64,000 bases of DNA, taken from NCBI GenBank assembly GCA_951406725.2, contig OX597833.1:59706001-59770000 (forward strand), in the 5' to 3' direction. Source of the stretch: Octopus vulgaris. Lineage: Eukaryota. The notes beneath the pieces were generated by a model. That model worked only from the letters and a program-made list of their open reading frames with translations, was not told the origin of the DNA and searched no databases. Of the stretch, positions 63,630 through 64,000 are shown piece after piece. Numbering within the stretch: position 1 is the first letter of the stretch; every line of letters starts with the position of its first letter. A program made the position numbers and the translations under genes.

Positions 63630-64000
63630 ATGTGTGTGTGCGTGATGTGATTGTGTGTGATGTATGAGTCTGTATCTATATATGTGTGGTGTATGTGACT
63701 ATATAATAGTATGTGTGTGTGTGCCTATGTGTGTATGTAAATGGTATGTATAGTGTGTGTGTGTGTCTATGTGTGTATGTAAATATGTATGGTGTGTGTG
63801 ACTATATGATAGTGTGTGTGTGTGTCTATGTGTGTATGTAAATGATATGTATGGTGTGTGTGACTATATAATAGTGTGTGTGTGTGTGTGTGTGTGTGTG
63901 CCTATGTGTGTATGTAAATATGTGTGTGTGTGTGACTATATAATAGTGTGTGTGTGTGTGTGTGCCGATGTGTGTATTTAAATGATATGTATGGTGTGTG
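63630..64000. repeat. (TG)-rich compound micro/minisatellite
   Basis: Repeating gactatataatagtgtgtg...cctatgtgtgtatgtaaat. Confidence 0.9.

Overview
AT-rich, repeat-saturated animal DNA, most likely from an octopus. This is inferred from the tRNA-derived SINE families and very dense (TA)n/(CA)n/(TCTA)n/(CAT)n microsatellites. I cannot support any intact host protein-coding gene, and almost all ORFs in the track are microsatellite or SINE read-throughs. The window looks intergenic or intronic, with a few possible short 5' exons on the + strand. It contains five SINE-like families (labelled A-E here), decayed LINE fragments (RTE, CR1, Tx1/L1), Tc1/mariner relics, piggyBac-type and hAT-type MITEs, three non-autonomous Helitrons and several minisatellites. 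The most interesting signal is a set of short Penelope-like remnants, mostly inside (TA)n tracts, carrying minimal hammerhead-ribozyme folds. Different families use three Watson-Crick versions of the core 3-8 pair (C3-G8, U3-A8, G3-C8). Also notable are a Tx1-type LINE whose 3' end matches the tail of SINE A, SINE A multimers with a fixed junction, and two retroposon insertions that appear to have copied nearby genomic DNA at their 5' junction. All alignments were done by eye, and boundaries of decayed elements are approximate.
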